Positions 1 through 9,151 are shown, numbered from the stretch's first letter. The stretch: 64,000 nt of DNA from an uncultured Candidatus Saccharibacteria bacterium (GCA_964654205.1 CAZZHR010000002.1:65800-129799); one strand, 5' to 3'. A program made the numbers and translations. Notes: generated from the letters alone by a model not told the origin.

Positions 1-96
1 AAGTGCCCGATTGCGGTGCCGCTTGAACGTGCATCCGCAATTACCTCACGAAGCGTGCGCATGTCGCCCAGTATACCGCATCGATAAAAGGTCACG

Positions 97-105
97 TGGT
101 ACAAT
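97..105 (+). promoter_or_regulatory. Extended -10 box TGgTACAAT 6 nt upstream of the pfkB-family ATG (leaderless-type promoter)
   Basis: Sequence tggtacaat at 97-105, then ccgctc, then ATG at 112. No Shine-Dalgarno sequence between them. Confidence 0.4.
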
Positions 106-111
106 CCGCTC

Positions 112-1101
112 ATGCAATACGATGTCCTTGCCATCGGCGATCCCGTTATTGACTGCTTTATCAGACTGAAAGACGCGAAAGTCCACTGCAACATCGACAA
201 CGAGGACTGCGAGCTCTGCGTAAAATTCGGCCAAAAAATCCCCTTCGAATTCGCGGTCGAAGTGCCTGCGGTCGGCAATGCGTCGAATGCCGCTGTCGCG
301 TGCGCACGGCTCGGACTCGCATCCGCTTTCCGCGGTTCGGTGGGCGACGATGCCAACGGCCAGCTCATCATCGACACCTTCGCGAAAAACGGCGTCGCAA
401 CCGAACACATCGTGAAAGAGCCGGGCAAGGTGACGAATTACCACTACGTGCTCTGGTACGAGAGTGAGCGCACCATCCTCATCAAGCACGAGCACTTTAC
501 GTACTCGCTCCCGCAGCTCTCCGGTGCGCCGAAATGGATTTATCTCTCATCGCTCGGCGAAGGGACAGAAAAGTACCAGCACGAGATTGCTGCGTATGCG
601 CAAACGAGTGGTTCCAAACTCGCGTTCCAGCCCGGCACGTTCCAGATAAAACTCGGCGCCGACGAGCTCAAAGATATTTATGCGGCGGCAGAGATAAGCT
701 TCTGCAACAAAGAAGAGGCGCAGCAGATTTTGAAGACAGAGGAGAGCGACCTGAGAAAGCTGCTCGACGGAATGAGGAGCTTGGGTGTGAAGCAGATGGT
801 GATTACGGATGGCAGAAATGGCTCCTACGCGATGGATGAAAAGGGCTCCGCCTGGCACATACCCATGTATCCCGACCCGAAGCCGCCAGTGGAGCGCACC
901 GGCGCGGGCGATGCGACAGCCTCAACGACGGTCGCGTACCTGCTCAAAGGTCTTAGTCTCGAAGAAGCTCTCATGCGCGGGCTGATCAATTCGGCATACG
1001 TCGTGCAAGAAATAGGCGCGCAAAAAGGCCTGCTTACGCCGGAGCACATTGAGGAGCTCTACGCCGCCCGCCCCGCCGACTTTAAAGCAACGGCTCTCTA
1101 G
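112..1101 (+). CDS. PfkB-family carbohydrate kinase (ribokinase/fructokinase-like)
   Basis: 329-aa ORF. N-terminal DVLAIGDPVID motif and C-terminal TGAGDATAS (PfkB signature 2 with the catalytic Asp). Confidence 0.8.
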   Translation: MQYDVLAIGDPVIDCFIRLKDAKVHCNIDNEDCELCVKFGQKIPFEFAVEVPAVGNASNAAVACARLGLASAFRGSVGDDANGQLIIDTFAKNGVATEHIVKEPGKVTNYHYVLWYESERTILIKHEHFTYSLPQLSGAPKWIYLSSLGEGTEKYQHEIAAYAQTSGSKLAFQPGTFQIKLGADELKDIYAAAEISFCNKEEAQQILKTEESDLRKLLDGMRSLGVKQMVITDGRNGSYAMDEKGSAWHIPMYPDPKPPVERTGAGDATASTTVAYLLKGLSLEEALMRGLINSAYVVQEIGAQKGLLTPEHIEELYAARPADFKATAL

Positions 1102-1117
1102 AGCCATTTTCCCAATA

Positions 1118-1145
1118 TTGACTACCCGTCTAGTCGTGGTATAAT
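1118..1145 (+). promoter_or_regulatory. Sigma70-like promoter TTGACT-16nt-TGgTATAAT, with RBS AGGGAGG at 1155-1161, for the gene starting with GTG at 1171
   Basis: ttgact at 1118-1123. tggtataat at 1137-1145. agggagg lies 9 nt before the GTG at 1171. Confidence 0.45.
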
Positions 1146-1170
1146 TGCAAGAGCAGGGAGGCGTTGAACA

Positions 1171-1869
1171 GTGTGGTGGGTGTCACTCGATTTCTCGAAC
1201 CAACGAGGAACTGTGATGCGTATCAAACTGTGGACTATCGAGGCCAGGTTCTTCCGCACCTCGATTCACATGTCTCATTTCTTTGGCGCGCTCATCTTCG
1301 CGATGATCGTGGGTCCGGGAATTGAGATGCAAAGGATCGCCGAGGCGAGAGCCGAGGCGGCCCGTGAGGCGCGACTCGTGCAACTCCGCAAGGACGAGCA
1401 CGAAATCACGTGTCTCACAAACGTTGCTCACCACGAAGCTCGTGGTGAGATGGTGGGCGTGCGCGAGCTGGTCGCAAAGACTGTGCTTGCAATCGCCGGC
1501 GACAGGATGTCGAAGCTGCCGAAGACCGTGTGCGAACTCGCCAGGGTCAAAGGCATGTTCTCGAACATCCGATACGTCGAGGAGCCGCGCTTCGCTGACG
1601 CGAAATGGGCGGCGATTCACGGGGAAATGAGCGAGGTCTACTACGGACCCCGTACACTTCCCCGCGGCTGGGGGTGCGTGCGTGGGTTCCGAGTCTCCGA
1701 CGACCAATTGGAGAAACTCGGTCCCAAGGCGCTCGCACAGCTGGGCTTCACGGTGAACGCGAAGGGATTGAAGTACTTCGCGGCACACCGAGTACCCGTC
1801 GACACTCGCGGTCGCATAACGTTTTATGCACCGCGAGGCGGGTGCAGCGATCCGACTCCAACGACATAG
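1171..1869 (+). CDS. Membrane-anchored cell-wall hydrolase, SleB-like (Hydrolase_2 family)
   Basis: Motif CLTNVAHHEARGE matches the conserved CLA.N.Y.EARGE core of SleB-like hydrolases. N-terminal hydrophobic segment HFFGALIFAMIVGPGI. GTG start with a good RBS. Confidence 0.55.
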   Translation: MWWVSLDFSNQRGTVMRIKLWTIEARFFRTSIHMSHFFGALIFAMIVGPGIEMQRIAEARAEAAREARLVQLRKDEHEITCLTNVAHHEARGEMVGVRELVAKTVLAIAGDRMSKLPKTVCELARVKGMFSNIRYVEEPRFADAKWAAIHGEMSEVYYGPRTLPRGWGCVRGFRVSDDQLEKLGPKALAQLGFTVNAKGLKYFAAHRVPVDTRGRITFYAPRGGCSDPTPTT

Positions 1870-1897
1870 TTCCTCCGGCCACGTGGCCGGAATTCCT

Positions 1898-1931
1898 GAC
1901 GGCGCCCTCGTGGCGCCGTCTTCTTTTTTTT
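1898..1931 (+). terminator. Rho-independent terminator: stem gacggcgcc/ggcgccgtc followed by ttcttttttttg
   Basis: Perfect 9-bp GC stem, 5-nt loop and an 11-nt T tract immediately after the stop of the 1171..1869 gene. Confidence 0.65.
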
Positions 1932-1957
1932 GCATCCATGCCACTCTGAACCACATC

Positions 1958-1991
1958 CGTACCGATTCCTATCTATAGATAGGAATCGGTA
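1958..1991. repeat. 34-bp perfect palindrome gtaccgattcctatcta|tagataggaatcggtac
   Basis: Read directly from the sequence. The reverse complement of the left 17 nt equals the right 17 nt. AT-rich relative to its surroundings and not followed by a T tract. Confidence 0.8.
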
Positions 1992-2011
1992 CAGGCAGAT
2001 ACTGAAGTGAG

Positions 2012-2045
2012 TAGGGAACAGGGAGAATTAGGGAACCGGGAGAAT
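2012..2045. repeat. Tandem 17-bp direct repeat tagggaacagggagaat / tagggaaccgggagaat
   Basis: Two adjacent copies differing at one position, lying between convergent genes. Confidence 0.6.
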
Positions 2046-2091
2046 ATGGAGACTCGGGGATTCGCATTTCTTAGACCAGGGCGCGGGCGCT

Positions 2092-3099
2092 CTACGTGCG
2101 CCCCCTTCGCGGGATTACATTCTTTACTGCCGCGACAATATCCTTGACGCCGAGTCCGTATGCCTCGATGAGTTCTGCGGCCGTGCCAGACTCCCCGAAC
2201 TCGTCTTGTACCGCGACGAACTCCATCGGTGTCGGGGCTTCGCGCGCGAGCACTTCCGCTATCGCGCCGCCCAGTCCCCCGTTGACCTGATGTTCTTCCA
2301 CAGAGACGACGCAGCCCGCACGCTTCGCTTCGCGCACGATGGTCTCCGCGTCGATTGGTTTTATCGTATGAATATTAGTGACCGTGACCTGCATTCCCTC
2401 TCCTTCTAGCTGCTTCGCAGCTTTGAGCGCACCATGGAGGAGCGAGCCGGTGGCAAAGAGTGCGACCTGCGGAGAATCTGACTGCCATAGAACATTTGCC
2501 TTGCCGAGTGTGAATGGTGTTTCTGGCGTCGTCATCTGCGGCATCTTTTCACGCTCGACGCGGATGTAGACCGGCGTGTTCGTCTTCGCTGCTGCGATGG
2601 TAGCCTTTTTCGCCTCCTCTGCATCACATGGCGAGAGCACTATCATATTGGGCATCGCTCTCATGAGCGCGAGGTCTTCGAGCATCTGGTGCGTCGCGCC
2701 ATCGGGTCCCGTGAGAAGCCCCGCATGGGAGCCGACTATTTTTACCGGCACGTTGTTGAGCGCGATGGTCGTGCGTATCTGCTCCCAGTTGCGCCCGGGT
2801 GAGAACGCCGCGTACGAGGTGCAAAACGGGATTTTCCCGTAGTTCGCCATGCCCGAGGCCACCGTGACGAGATTTTGCTCCGCGACGCCCACTTGGATAA
2901 ACCGTGCAGGGAATTTTTTCGCGAAGAGGTCCATCTTCGTCGACTCAGTGAGGTCTGCCGAAAGCGCGACGATATTTTCATCCGCCTCGCCGGCTACGAC
3001 GAGTCCCTCGCCAAAACCCTGGCGCGTCGGGGAGAGCGTTCCGCCAGCCGGCGGAGCCCCCCAGATGTCCTCGCGCAGCTTCATTTCAGGATTCAACAT
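2092..3099 (-). CDS. tktB: Transketolase C-terminal subunit (pyrimidine-binding and C-terminal domains)
   Basis: Start re-derived at MLNPEMKLRED. The ORF as listed extends to 3174. Typical split-transketolase subunit B. Its ATG overlaps the stop of the upstream subunit gene. Confidence 0.85.
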   Translation of the reverse strand: MLNPEMKLREDIWGAPPAGGTLSPTRQGFGEGLVVAGEADENIVALSADLTESTKMDLFAKKFPARFIQVGVAEQNLVTVASGMANYGKIPFCTSYAAFSPGRNWEQIRTTIALNNVPVKIVGSHAGLLTGPDGATHQMLEDLALMRAMPNMIVLSPCDAEEAKKATIAAAKTNTPVYIRVEREKMPQMTTPETPFTLGKANVLWQSDSPQVALFATGSLLHGALKAAKQLEGEGMQVTVTNIHTIKPIDAETIVREAKRAGCVVSVEEHQVNGGLGGAIAEVLAREAPTPMEFVAVQDEFGESGTAAELIEAYGLGVKDIVAAVKNVIPRRGRT

Positions 3100-3101
3100 A
3101 T

Positions 3102-3938
3102 TTATTGAGCTACCGCGCGCAACTCTTCGAGGAACTTCGGCGCCTCGTCCTTCGTCGGCGGTTTGCCGTGCCATTTGTAGTCGTTCTCGATACTCTTGAT
3201 GCCCTTCCCTGGCGTCACATGCGCGAGGATGAGCGTCGGCTTGTCCTGGATCGACTTCGCTTCATCGCACGCAGCGATGAACTGCGCGATGTTATGACCA
3301 TCTATCTCTACGACGTGCCAGCCGAATGCCTCGTACTTTGCCCGCATCGGCTCGAGCGACATCACGTCTTCTGTGTTCCCCTCTATCTGGATATTGTTGC
3401 GGTCCATGATGGCGACGAGGTTCGATAATCGATAGTGTCCGGCGAACATCGCGCCCTCCCACGTGTTGCCCTCTTGCTGCTCACCATCGGACATCGCGCA
3501 AAAAATACGGAACTTTTTGTTGTCCATCCGCGCGGCGTACGCATACCCCGCCGCTTGTGAGAGCCCGCTCCCGAGCGGTCCCGAGGTCGTTTCCACACCT
3601 GGCAACTTCTCTCGCTCTGGGTGCCCCTGGAGACGCGAACCGAACTTGCGGAGCGTCAGGCATTCTTCTACCGGAAAGTATCCCGCATGCGCCATCGTCG
3701 CGTAGCGAACCGGCGTGATGTGACCGTTGGAAAGAAACAGGCGGTCACGCTCCTCCCATTCGGGATTCTTCGGGTCGTTTTTGAGTACGTGGAAATAGAG
3801 TGCGGTGAAAATGTCCGTCATGCCTAAGGGGCCGGCTGTGTGCCCCGAACCTGCCGCCGCCAGCATTTCAATAATCGTCTGTCGAACCTTGTTAGCCTGC
3901 TGTTCCAGCCTCTGTATTTCGGCATCCGTAAGAGCCAT
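3102..3938 (-). CDS. tktA: Transketolase N-terminal subunit (TPP-binding)
   Basis: Start re-derived at MALTDAEIQRLEQQ. The ORF as listed extends to 4112. Contains SGHTAGPLGMTDIF and GHPE motifs. Arranged head to tail with the C-terminal subunit. Confidence 0.85.
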   Translation of the reverse strand: MALTDAEIQRLEQQANKVRQTIIEMLAAAGSGHTAGPLGMTDIFTALYFHVLKNDPKNPEWEERDRLFLSNGHITPVRYATMAHAGYFPVEECLTLRKFGSRLQGHPEREKLPGVETTSGPLGSGLSQAAGYAYAARMDNKKFRIFCAMSDGEQQEGNTWEGAMFAGHYRLSNLVAIMDRNNIQIEGNTEDVMSLEPMRAKYEAFGWHVVEIDGHNIAQFIAACDEAKSIQDKPTLILAHVTPGKGIKSIENDYKWHGKPPTKDEAPKFLEELRAVAQ

Positions 3939-3945
3939 GACGCGA

Positions 3946-4668
3946 TTATACAGTCTCCGCGAGCACGGGGGGTGTGCATCCGCGCATGGCCCTCTCGTGG
4001 AGGCGAGCGAAGGCCTGGGCAGGATTGTCGCTCTTTGAGATTGCCGAGCCCACGCAGAGTCGATTTGCCCCGGCACGTACGAGGTCCTCGATGTTGGACT
4101 CCCCCACGCCACCGTCTACTGCCACCATGAGGTCGGGGTGTTTTGCATGCAGCTCTTCAACTCGTGAAAGCGCGGTGTCATTGAATGGCTGACCCTGGGG
4201 ACCAATCTTCGTTATAGACATCAGAAGCGCGTAATCAATAGCAGAAACAAATTCATCAATAGCAGCGAGTGGCGTATCAATCTTTAGCGCGAGACCAATC
4301 TCATTCGTTCCAGCACTGCGGCACAATGCGATTGTGCGCTGCACATCCTCTGCCGTGTCGAAGGATTCGACATGAAATACGATTCTCTTGAATCCAGCCT
4401 GAGCGAAGCACTCATAAACATCAAGATTCTGTTTTATCATCAAATGCAACTCCATCGAAACACTTCCTCCTAGCCTCAATTGCCGCAATTCCTCAAGCTG
4501 GGTCACATTGTTGAACGGCCATGTCTTTATATCTACGAACACGCCGTCGTCTATATCCACGTGCATCCAGTCGGTGTACGAACCGACGGATTGCACATAC
4601 GAAGCAACGTCGGACCACTCCCTCGGGACAACCGTCGGAAGTATGTGTGGGTCGCAAAGGTACCTCAT
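3946..4668 (-). CDS. rpe: Ribulose-phosphate 3-epimerase
   Basis: Start at MRYLCDPHILP. Motifs WMHVDIDDGVFV and AVDGGVG typical of Rpe TIM barrels. Confidence 0.8.
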   Translation of the reverse strand: MRYLCDPHILPTVVPREWSDVASYVQSVGSYTDWMHVDIDDGVFVDIKTWPFNNVTQLEELRQLRLGGSVSMELHLMIKQNLDVYECFAQAGFKRIVFHVESFDTAEDVQRTIALCRSAGTNEIGLALKIDTPLAAIDEFVSAIDYALLMSITKIGPQGQPFNDTALSRVEELHAKHPDLMVAVDGGVGESNIEDLVRAGANRLCVGSAISKSDNPAQAFARLHERAMRGCTPPVLAETV

Positions 4669-4670
4669 TT

Positions 4671-5126
4671 TTATTGTGGACCGACTCGGTAGCTGCCGGT
4701 TGGCTCCGTTGATGGAGAAGCACCTTCCGGTACATTGCACGTATCAGCGGGCGACGGTACGCTCGCTTCCATAACCGCACCAATGCAATACGAGACTACA
4801 GCAGAACCAATCGTGTACGGGGTGTAGTTGTAGTTGCTGCCCGTCGACGGGTCGGTAGGTACCTCTGAAATGTAGCTTGGCGCGAGACCCGCAAGAGCGC
4901 CTGGGTACGCGGGCAGTGACTGAGAAGAATAGTAGAGCTCGAGCGCGACTTGGAGCTGCTTGAGGTCCGAGATGCGACGCGTATCGCGCCCCTTCTCTCT
5001 CGCACTATTGAGTGATGCGAGCACAACAGAAGATAGGAGTCCGATGATAGCCACCACGACGAGAAGCTCTATGAGCGTGAACCCTCGCTGGGTGCTACGT
5101 CGCGATATGCGCAAATCTGTTGACAT
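4671..5126 (-). CDS. Type IV pilin / pseudopilin with class III signal (prepilin peptidase site G|FTLIELLVV)
   Basis: MSTDLRISRRSTQRG|FTLIELLVVVAIIGLL N-terminus. 151 aa. Embedded between rpe and rpiB. Confidence 0.7.
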   Translation of the reverse strand: MSTDLRISRRSTQRGFTLIELLVVVAIIGLLSSVVLASLNSAREKGRDTRRISDLKQLQVALELYYSSQSLPAYPGALAGLAPSYISEVPTDPSTGSNYNYTPYTIGSAVVSYCIGAVMEASVPSPADTCNVPEGASPSTEPTGSYRVGPQ

Positions 5127-5129
5127 GAT

Positions 5130-5348
5130 TTATTGCGGAAGGAGAGGGGGCGCGTCAGAACCACCGGTATTGAATAAGAGAAACGCTCCGACGAGCGCCA
5201 GAACACCAATGCCGATGAGTGTATAGATGGCTGTCTGCCTGTCTCCCACGAGTCCCCACGATACGAGCTTGTCCGCAAAGTCGCCGCGTTCCGCAGCGGG
5301 CGGTCTCCCGAATTCGTCGTTGTTGCTGTCAAAACGCATGTCGCTCAT
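5130..5348 (-). CDS. Small membrane protein (72 aa, C-terminal TM helix), hypothetical
   Basis: ORF immediately upstream of the pilin gene. Hydrophobic stretch IYTLIGIGVLALVGAFLLF. No recognisable domain. Confidence 0.35.
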   Translation of the reverse strand: MSDMRFDSNNDEFGRPPAAERGDFADKLVSWGLVGDRQTAIYTLIGIGVLALVGAFLLFNTGGSDAPPLLPQ

Positions 5349-5392
5349 ACCATGAAGTATACCCTGCGACAGGACAAATCAACACGGGTTGC

Positions 5393-5884
5393 TCACAGTT
5401 GCGTGTCGATGCTCGCGATTCGGCGCGCATGGCGTTCATCACCGGAAAAAGGGGCATCGAGCCAATCTTTGACGGCTTTCTTTGCATCGTCTATAGAGAG
5501 GAATCGGGCACCGAGGGAAAGTGCGTTCGCGTTGTTGTGCTCGCGCGTCGAGACTATCATGTTGAATGTCTTCCCTGCCGCATCGGTCTGTGTCGTGACG
5601 CCGCCGTAGTACACAACAGCGCGAACCCCCTTGAATCGGTTTGCGACGATGGCTTCACCTTGTCCCGAACCCCCCAAGATTACTGCTCTGCTGTCGAATC
5701 CACCCGCAACGTCGGCTGAAAGCTTCCGCGCAGCTCCGGCAACGATGCCGGGATAGTCGTCGGCCGCATCGTACGTGGATGCTCCGCAATCTTCTACCTC
5801 GTAGCCAAGCTCGTCTCGTACAAATGCCACGAGCGTATTTTTCAATTCGAACCCCGCGTGGTCTGCGGCGAAATAGACCTTCAT
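5393..5884 (-). CDS. rpiB: Ribose-5-phosphate isomerase B
   Basis: Start at MKVYFAADHAGFELK. RpiB/LacA/LacB signature AADHAG..GGSGQGEAIVANRFKGVRA. Confidence 0.8.
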   Translation of the reverse strand: MKVYFAADHAGFELKNTLVAFVRDELGYEVEDCGASTYDAADDYPGIVAGAARKLSADVAGGFDSRAVILGGSGQGEAIVANRFKGVRAVVYYGGVTTQTDAAGKTFNMIVSTREHNNANALSLGARFLSIDDAKKAVKDWLDAPFSGDERHARRIASIDTQL

Positions 5885-5885
5885 A

Positions 5886-6905
5886 CTACAGTCGCTTCGC
5901 GACTTCACTCACATGCTCGACGAGCGTGTGCACATATCCCATCTCGTTGTCGTACCACGCGAGCACCTTCACGAGCGTGCCATCTACAACACGAGTCATC
6001 GAGAGGTCGGCGATAGAGCCAAATGGCAGTCCAAGGATGTCGCTCGAGACAAGCGGTTCTTCGCTCACAGCGAAGACTCGCTTCCACCTGTCGCTCTGTG
6101 CCGCTGCCTTCAGGGTGGCGTTCACTTCTTCGGCGCTCGTCGCGCGCTTGGCAACAAAAGTGACATCGACGAGAGAGCCCGCGGGTACGGGCACGCGCAC
6201 CGATACGCCGTCGAACTTTCCCGCAAGCTGCGGATATGCAAGCGCAGTCGCCTTCGCAGCACCGGTCGAGGTCGGCACCATATTGAGCGCAGCAGCACGG
6301 CTTTCGCGGAGATCTTTAGACTTGCCGCCATCTACGAGTGCCTGTGATGCGGTGTATGCGTGCGTCGTATTGAGAATCGCTCGCTCGATGCCTATCGCTT
6401 CATCCAAGATGCCCACGAGGGGTGATGCGGCGTTGGTTGTGCAGGAGGCATTCGATGAAATGTCACACGTGCCCTGGCCGGGCAGGCCGAATTTCGATTC
6501 GTTCGCCCCGATGAGTATGGTCTCAAGCCCATCGCCTTTCCCAGGTGCAGAGATGACGACTTTCTTTGCACCCGCGGTGATGTGTCCGCGCGCTTTTTCA
6601 GCATCGGTGAAGAAACCTGTCGATTCGACGACAATGTCGATGCCGAGGTCTTTCCATGGGAGTTTTTCAGGCTCTTTCTCTGCAGTTATACGCACGTTCC
6701 TCCCCCCTATCACGAGCCCGCCATCGCCCACTGCGACTTCGAATTTCGCCTTTCCATAGACAGAATCGTAGGTGAGGAGATACGCGAGGCTCTCCGCGGG
6801 GGTGAGGTCGTTGACCGCGACGAGTTCGAGGCCAGGCCTATCGTGTATCGCCCGCGCGAACCCCCTGCCAATCCTGCCAAATCCATTGATTGCAATTTTT
6901 GCCAT
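5886..6905 (-). CDS. gap: Glyceraldehyde-3-phosphate dehydrogenase, type I
   Basis: Start at MAKIAINGFGRIGR. Catalytic ASCTTN motif and WYDNEMGY C-terminal signature. The ORF as listed carries a 5-prime extension to 7160. Confidence 0.85.
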   Translation of the reverse strand: MAKIAINGFGRIGRGFARAIHDRPGLELVAVNDLTPAESLAYLLTYDSVYGKAKFEVAVGDGGLVIGGRNVRITAEKEPEKLPWKDLGIDIVVESTGFFTDAEKARGHITAGAKKVVISAPGKGDGLETILIGANESKFGLPGQGTCDISSNASCTTNAASPLVGILDEAIGIERAILNTTHAYTASQALVDGGKSKDLRESRAAALNMVPTSTGAAKATALAYPQLAGKFDGVSVRVPVPAGSLVDVTFVAKRATSAEEVNATLKAAAQSDRWKRVFAVSEEPLVSSDILGLPFGSIADLSMTRVVDGTLVKVLAWYDNEMGYVHTLVEHVSEVAKRL

Positions 6906-7116
6906 GTGGCGAGTATACCACCCGCGCACAGGTGCTCTTGGGGAGATTTCTGGTGTTATTCCGTAGCGGGTGTGGATGTCGCCCCAGACGGTTCTGATGC
7001 TTCGTTGCTCTCTTCCGATTCCGTCCCCTCGTTGGTATCGGAGTCCTCGGATTCGGTACTCGTTGCCGCAGATGGCTCTTCCGGCACCTCTACTTCCCCG
7101 GCGTTGGGGTCGAACA

Positions 7117-7632
7117 CTATGACAGTACGTTCCGCGAACGTCGAAAAAGAACGTACGCACCGAAAAGGAGTAGGGGTGTGAGGATCACACCGCCCACCAA
7201 ATACGGCGCAGGAAAAACACGTTCACCTTCGACGACAGTGATGGAGAACTCGTTCGCGGCAAGCTCCTCGCCGTCTGCCGTTCTGTAACTCACACTCAGC
7301 GCAAACGTACCCTGCTCTGGGAACGTGTAAAGGAGCGTGGTCGGGCCGAAAGTTTGGAAACGGACTCCGGTCGCAAGAAGTGTTTTTCGCTCTCTCATTA
7401 CCCTCACCCACACATGGTCGAAATGCTCGAACGCGAGGTCTTCTTCTGCTCGCAGTTCAAACTCAAACCGTGACGCGCGCCCGGCTTCGAACGTAGGCTC
7501 ATCGTAGCCAATATCAATGAAAAAAGGTGACGATGTGGCTTCGAGGGAGTATCCGAGCGAATGCGCATTGACTATCGAGTAGGGAGCTACCGCGAGGAAA
7601 AGCAGGAGGATGCAGAACAGCACACGCCGCAT
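7117..7632 (-). CDS. Hypothetical secreted/membrane protein (signal peptide MRRVLFCILLLFLAVAPYSIVNA, C-terminal TM)
   Basis: Likely start at MRRVLF (7632). No known domain recognised. Confidence 0.45.
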   Translation of the reverse strand: MRRVLFCILLLFLAVAPYSIVNAHSLGYSLEATSSPFFIDIGYDEPTFEAGRASRFEFELRAEEDLAFEHFDHVWVRVMRERKTLLATGVRFQTFGPTTLLYTFPEQGTFALSVSYRTADGEELAANEFSITVVEGERVFPAPYLVGGVILTPLLLFGAYVLFRRSRNVLS

Positions 7633-7649
7633 GTCTGTCAGTCTATCAT

Positions 7650-7874
7650 TCAACGGTTCGCGTGCATCAGGCATTCCGCTCGGACGTACGGCGGAGTCGC
7701 GTCACAGAAATTCCTCAACCTCACAGTCTTTTGCGCATGCTGATGCAAGTCGACTTTTGCATGACCGAGTGCTGTGTCCATTATCCTGCGCGCCCACTCA
7801 AGCATGCGCGCAGCGAGTATCTCGCCGCTCTCGCGGATGAAGTGGGCAACAGCGCTGATAAAGGACTCGTTCAT
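7650..7874 (-). CDS. Small hypothetical protein (74 aa)
   Basis: Fills the gap between two same-strand genes and overlaps the downstream gene by about 25 nt. No domain recognised. Could be non-coding. Confidence 0.2.
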   Translation of the reverse strand: MNESFISAVAHFIRESGEILAARMLEWARRIMDTALGHAKVDLHQHAQKTVRLRNFCDATPPYVRAECLMHANR

Positions 7875-7875
7875 A

Positions 7876-9141
7876 TCAATTTTCAGGTGTGGTGGTCGCT
7901 TGCTGCACTTGTTCGCTCTCTGTAGCCACTGGCTCGGTAGTTGTCGCTGGGATTTCTATCTCCGTACTTCCTGCTTCGGTATTCGTGCTTCCCATTCCAC
8001 TCTCCGTACTCCCCCCTTCGTTCCCTCCGCTCTCATTCGACGCTTCTTCATTCATACCTCCTATTTCGTCTCCTTGTTCTTCTTGGACTTCTTCTTGGGC
8101 AGGCGTGCTCGTTGCCGAAATCGTGTCGCTCGACGCTTCTTCATTCGTACTTCCTCCTTCTCCTGCTGGACTTTCAACGTTCACATTTTCACTTTCAACC
8201 TGCGGCGGAGCCGCCGGCCTCACATTCCCCGCCTCGCTCACTTCGCCACCCGGATTCGCAGCATCACCCACGAGCACGATGCGGCGCACTGTTATCACTG
8301 CACCGCCTGGGTCTGTCGCGCTGTATTCAATCGAGTGCGCAGTCGTCGTCGAGGTATCGATGCCAGTCCATGTCGCTTTCTCGACGCCGTTGATGCGCAT
8401 ATACACGCCCGCGTTGGTCTGGTATGGATCGACGAGTACCGCGCCGAGGTCTGCGTAGCTCGCACCGAGCGGAATACGCGCCGGATTGTTGCCGAGGAGC
8501 TGCAGACCTATCTTGAGCCCGCTCGCGCTCGTACTTCCTGCTTCGTTACTCGTACTTCCGTTTCCGCTTCCATCTGCGGGACCAAAGACCGCGGCCGCTG
8601 CGGCCACCTGCGGCTGGACGACAGGGGTGTAGCCGGGGAGCGTCTCGGTGCTGTCATCGAGGAATTTGCCGATAAGGCCGCCGTACGACGTCGCTACGGT
8701 GAGCTGCGTCACTGCGCTCCGCGCGTTCTCTTGTGTCTTGCTCAGCCGCGAAGCCTCGCGTTCTATCACTTGCCTGAGCTGCTGCGTCACGTACAGGCCG
8801 AGGTCGCGATACTCGCCGAGGTCTGTCTTCGAGACCTGCATCGTTACTTTTTTGATTACGTCCTTCCAGACGTACTCGTCGACATCTATCGTGTGGAATT
8901 CGTACTCTACGAAATAGTCGTTCTCGTCTTCGGTGACCGCGGTGATGACAGCACGCGGGCTGTAGCTCGAGAGGTCCTTGCCGACGAGGTAGGTGTTGTC
9001 CACGGTGAGCACTTCATGCTGCTGCGAGTAGATGGCCTCCGGATTCGTCGCCGCAAAGACCCCCGTGCCGCCTAGAATCAGGATGCCGAGTGCCACCGGC
9101 ACGGCATTGTGATACTGAAAGAAGTGAAGAAGTGGGGTCAT
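7876..9141 (-). CDS. Membrane-anchored surface protein with an Ig-like (DUF5011-like) domain and an acidic S/T/E-rich disordered C-terminus
   Basis: N-terminal TM VPVALGILILGGTGVFAA. Segment IPLGASYADLGAVLVDPY...AVITVRRIV resembles bacterial Ig-like folds. The last ~100 aa are low-complexity and E/S/T/G-rich. Confidence 0.55.
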   Translation of the reverse strand: MTPLLHFFQYHNAVPVALGILILGGTGVFAATNPEAIYSQQHEVLTVDNTYLVGKDLSSYSPRAVITAVTEDENDYFVEYEFHTIDVDEYVWKDVIKKVTMQVSKTDLGEYRDLGLYVTQQLRQVIEREASRLSKTQENARSAVTQLTVATSYGGLIGKFLDDSTETLPGYTPVVQPQVAAAAAVFGPADGSGNGSTSNEAGSTSASGLKIGLQLLGNNPARIPLGASYADLGAVLVDPYQTNAGVYMRINGVEKATWTGIDTSTTTAHSIEYSATDPGGAVITVRRIVLVGDAANPGGEVSEAGNVRPAAPPQVESENVNVESPAGEGGSTNEEASSDTISATSTPAQEEVQEEQGDEIGGMNEEASNESGGNEGGSTESGMGSTNTEAGSTEIEIPATTTEPVATESEQVQQATTTPEN

Positions 9142-9151
9142 AGGTGAGAGG

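Noticed and set aside
46-495. 149-aa minus-strand ORF at the window start
   Set aside because: Lies entirely antisense to the well-supported PfkB kinase gene and has no motif. Typical high-GC shadow ORF.
2012-2060. Possible CRISPR array
   Set aside because: Only two tandem 17-bp units with no spacers. No cas genes in the window.
5641-6759. 372-aa plus-strand ORF
   Set aside because: Antisense to gap/rpiB, whose products have unmistakable motifs. Ser/Arg-rich low-complexity translation.
2092-7160. N-terminal extensions of tktB, tktA, rpe, rpiB and gap as given in the ORF track
   Set aside because: Each extension is Arg/Ser-rich and lacks homology. Conserved N-termini begin at internal Met codons (3099, 3938, 4668, 5884, 6905), which also remove gene overlaps.
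7774-9075. 433-aa and 189-aa plus-strand ORFs
   Set aside because: Antisense to the 7876..9141 gene. Repetitive Leu/Ser/Arg composition typical of antisense frames of GC-rich genes.
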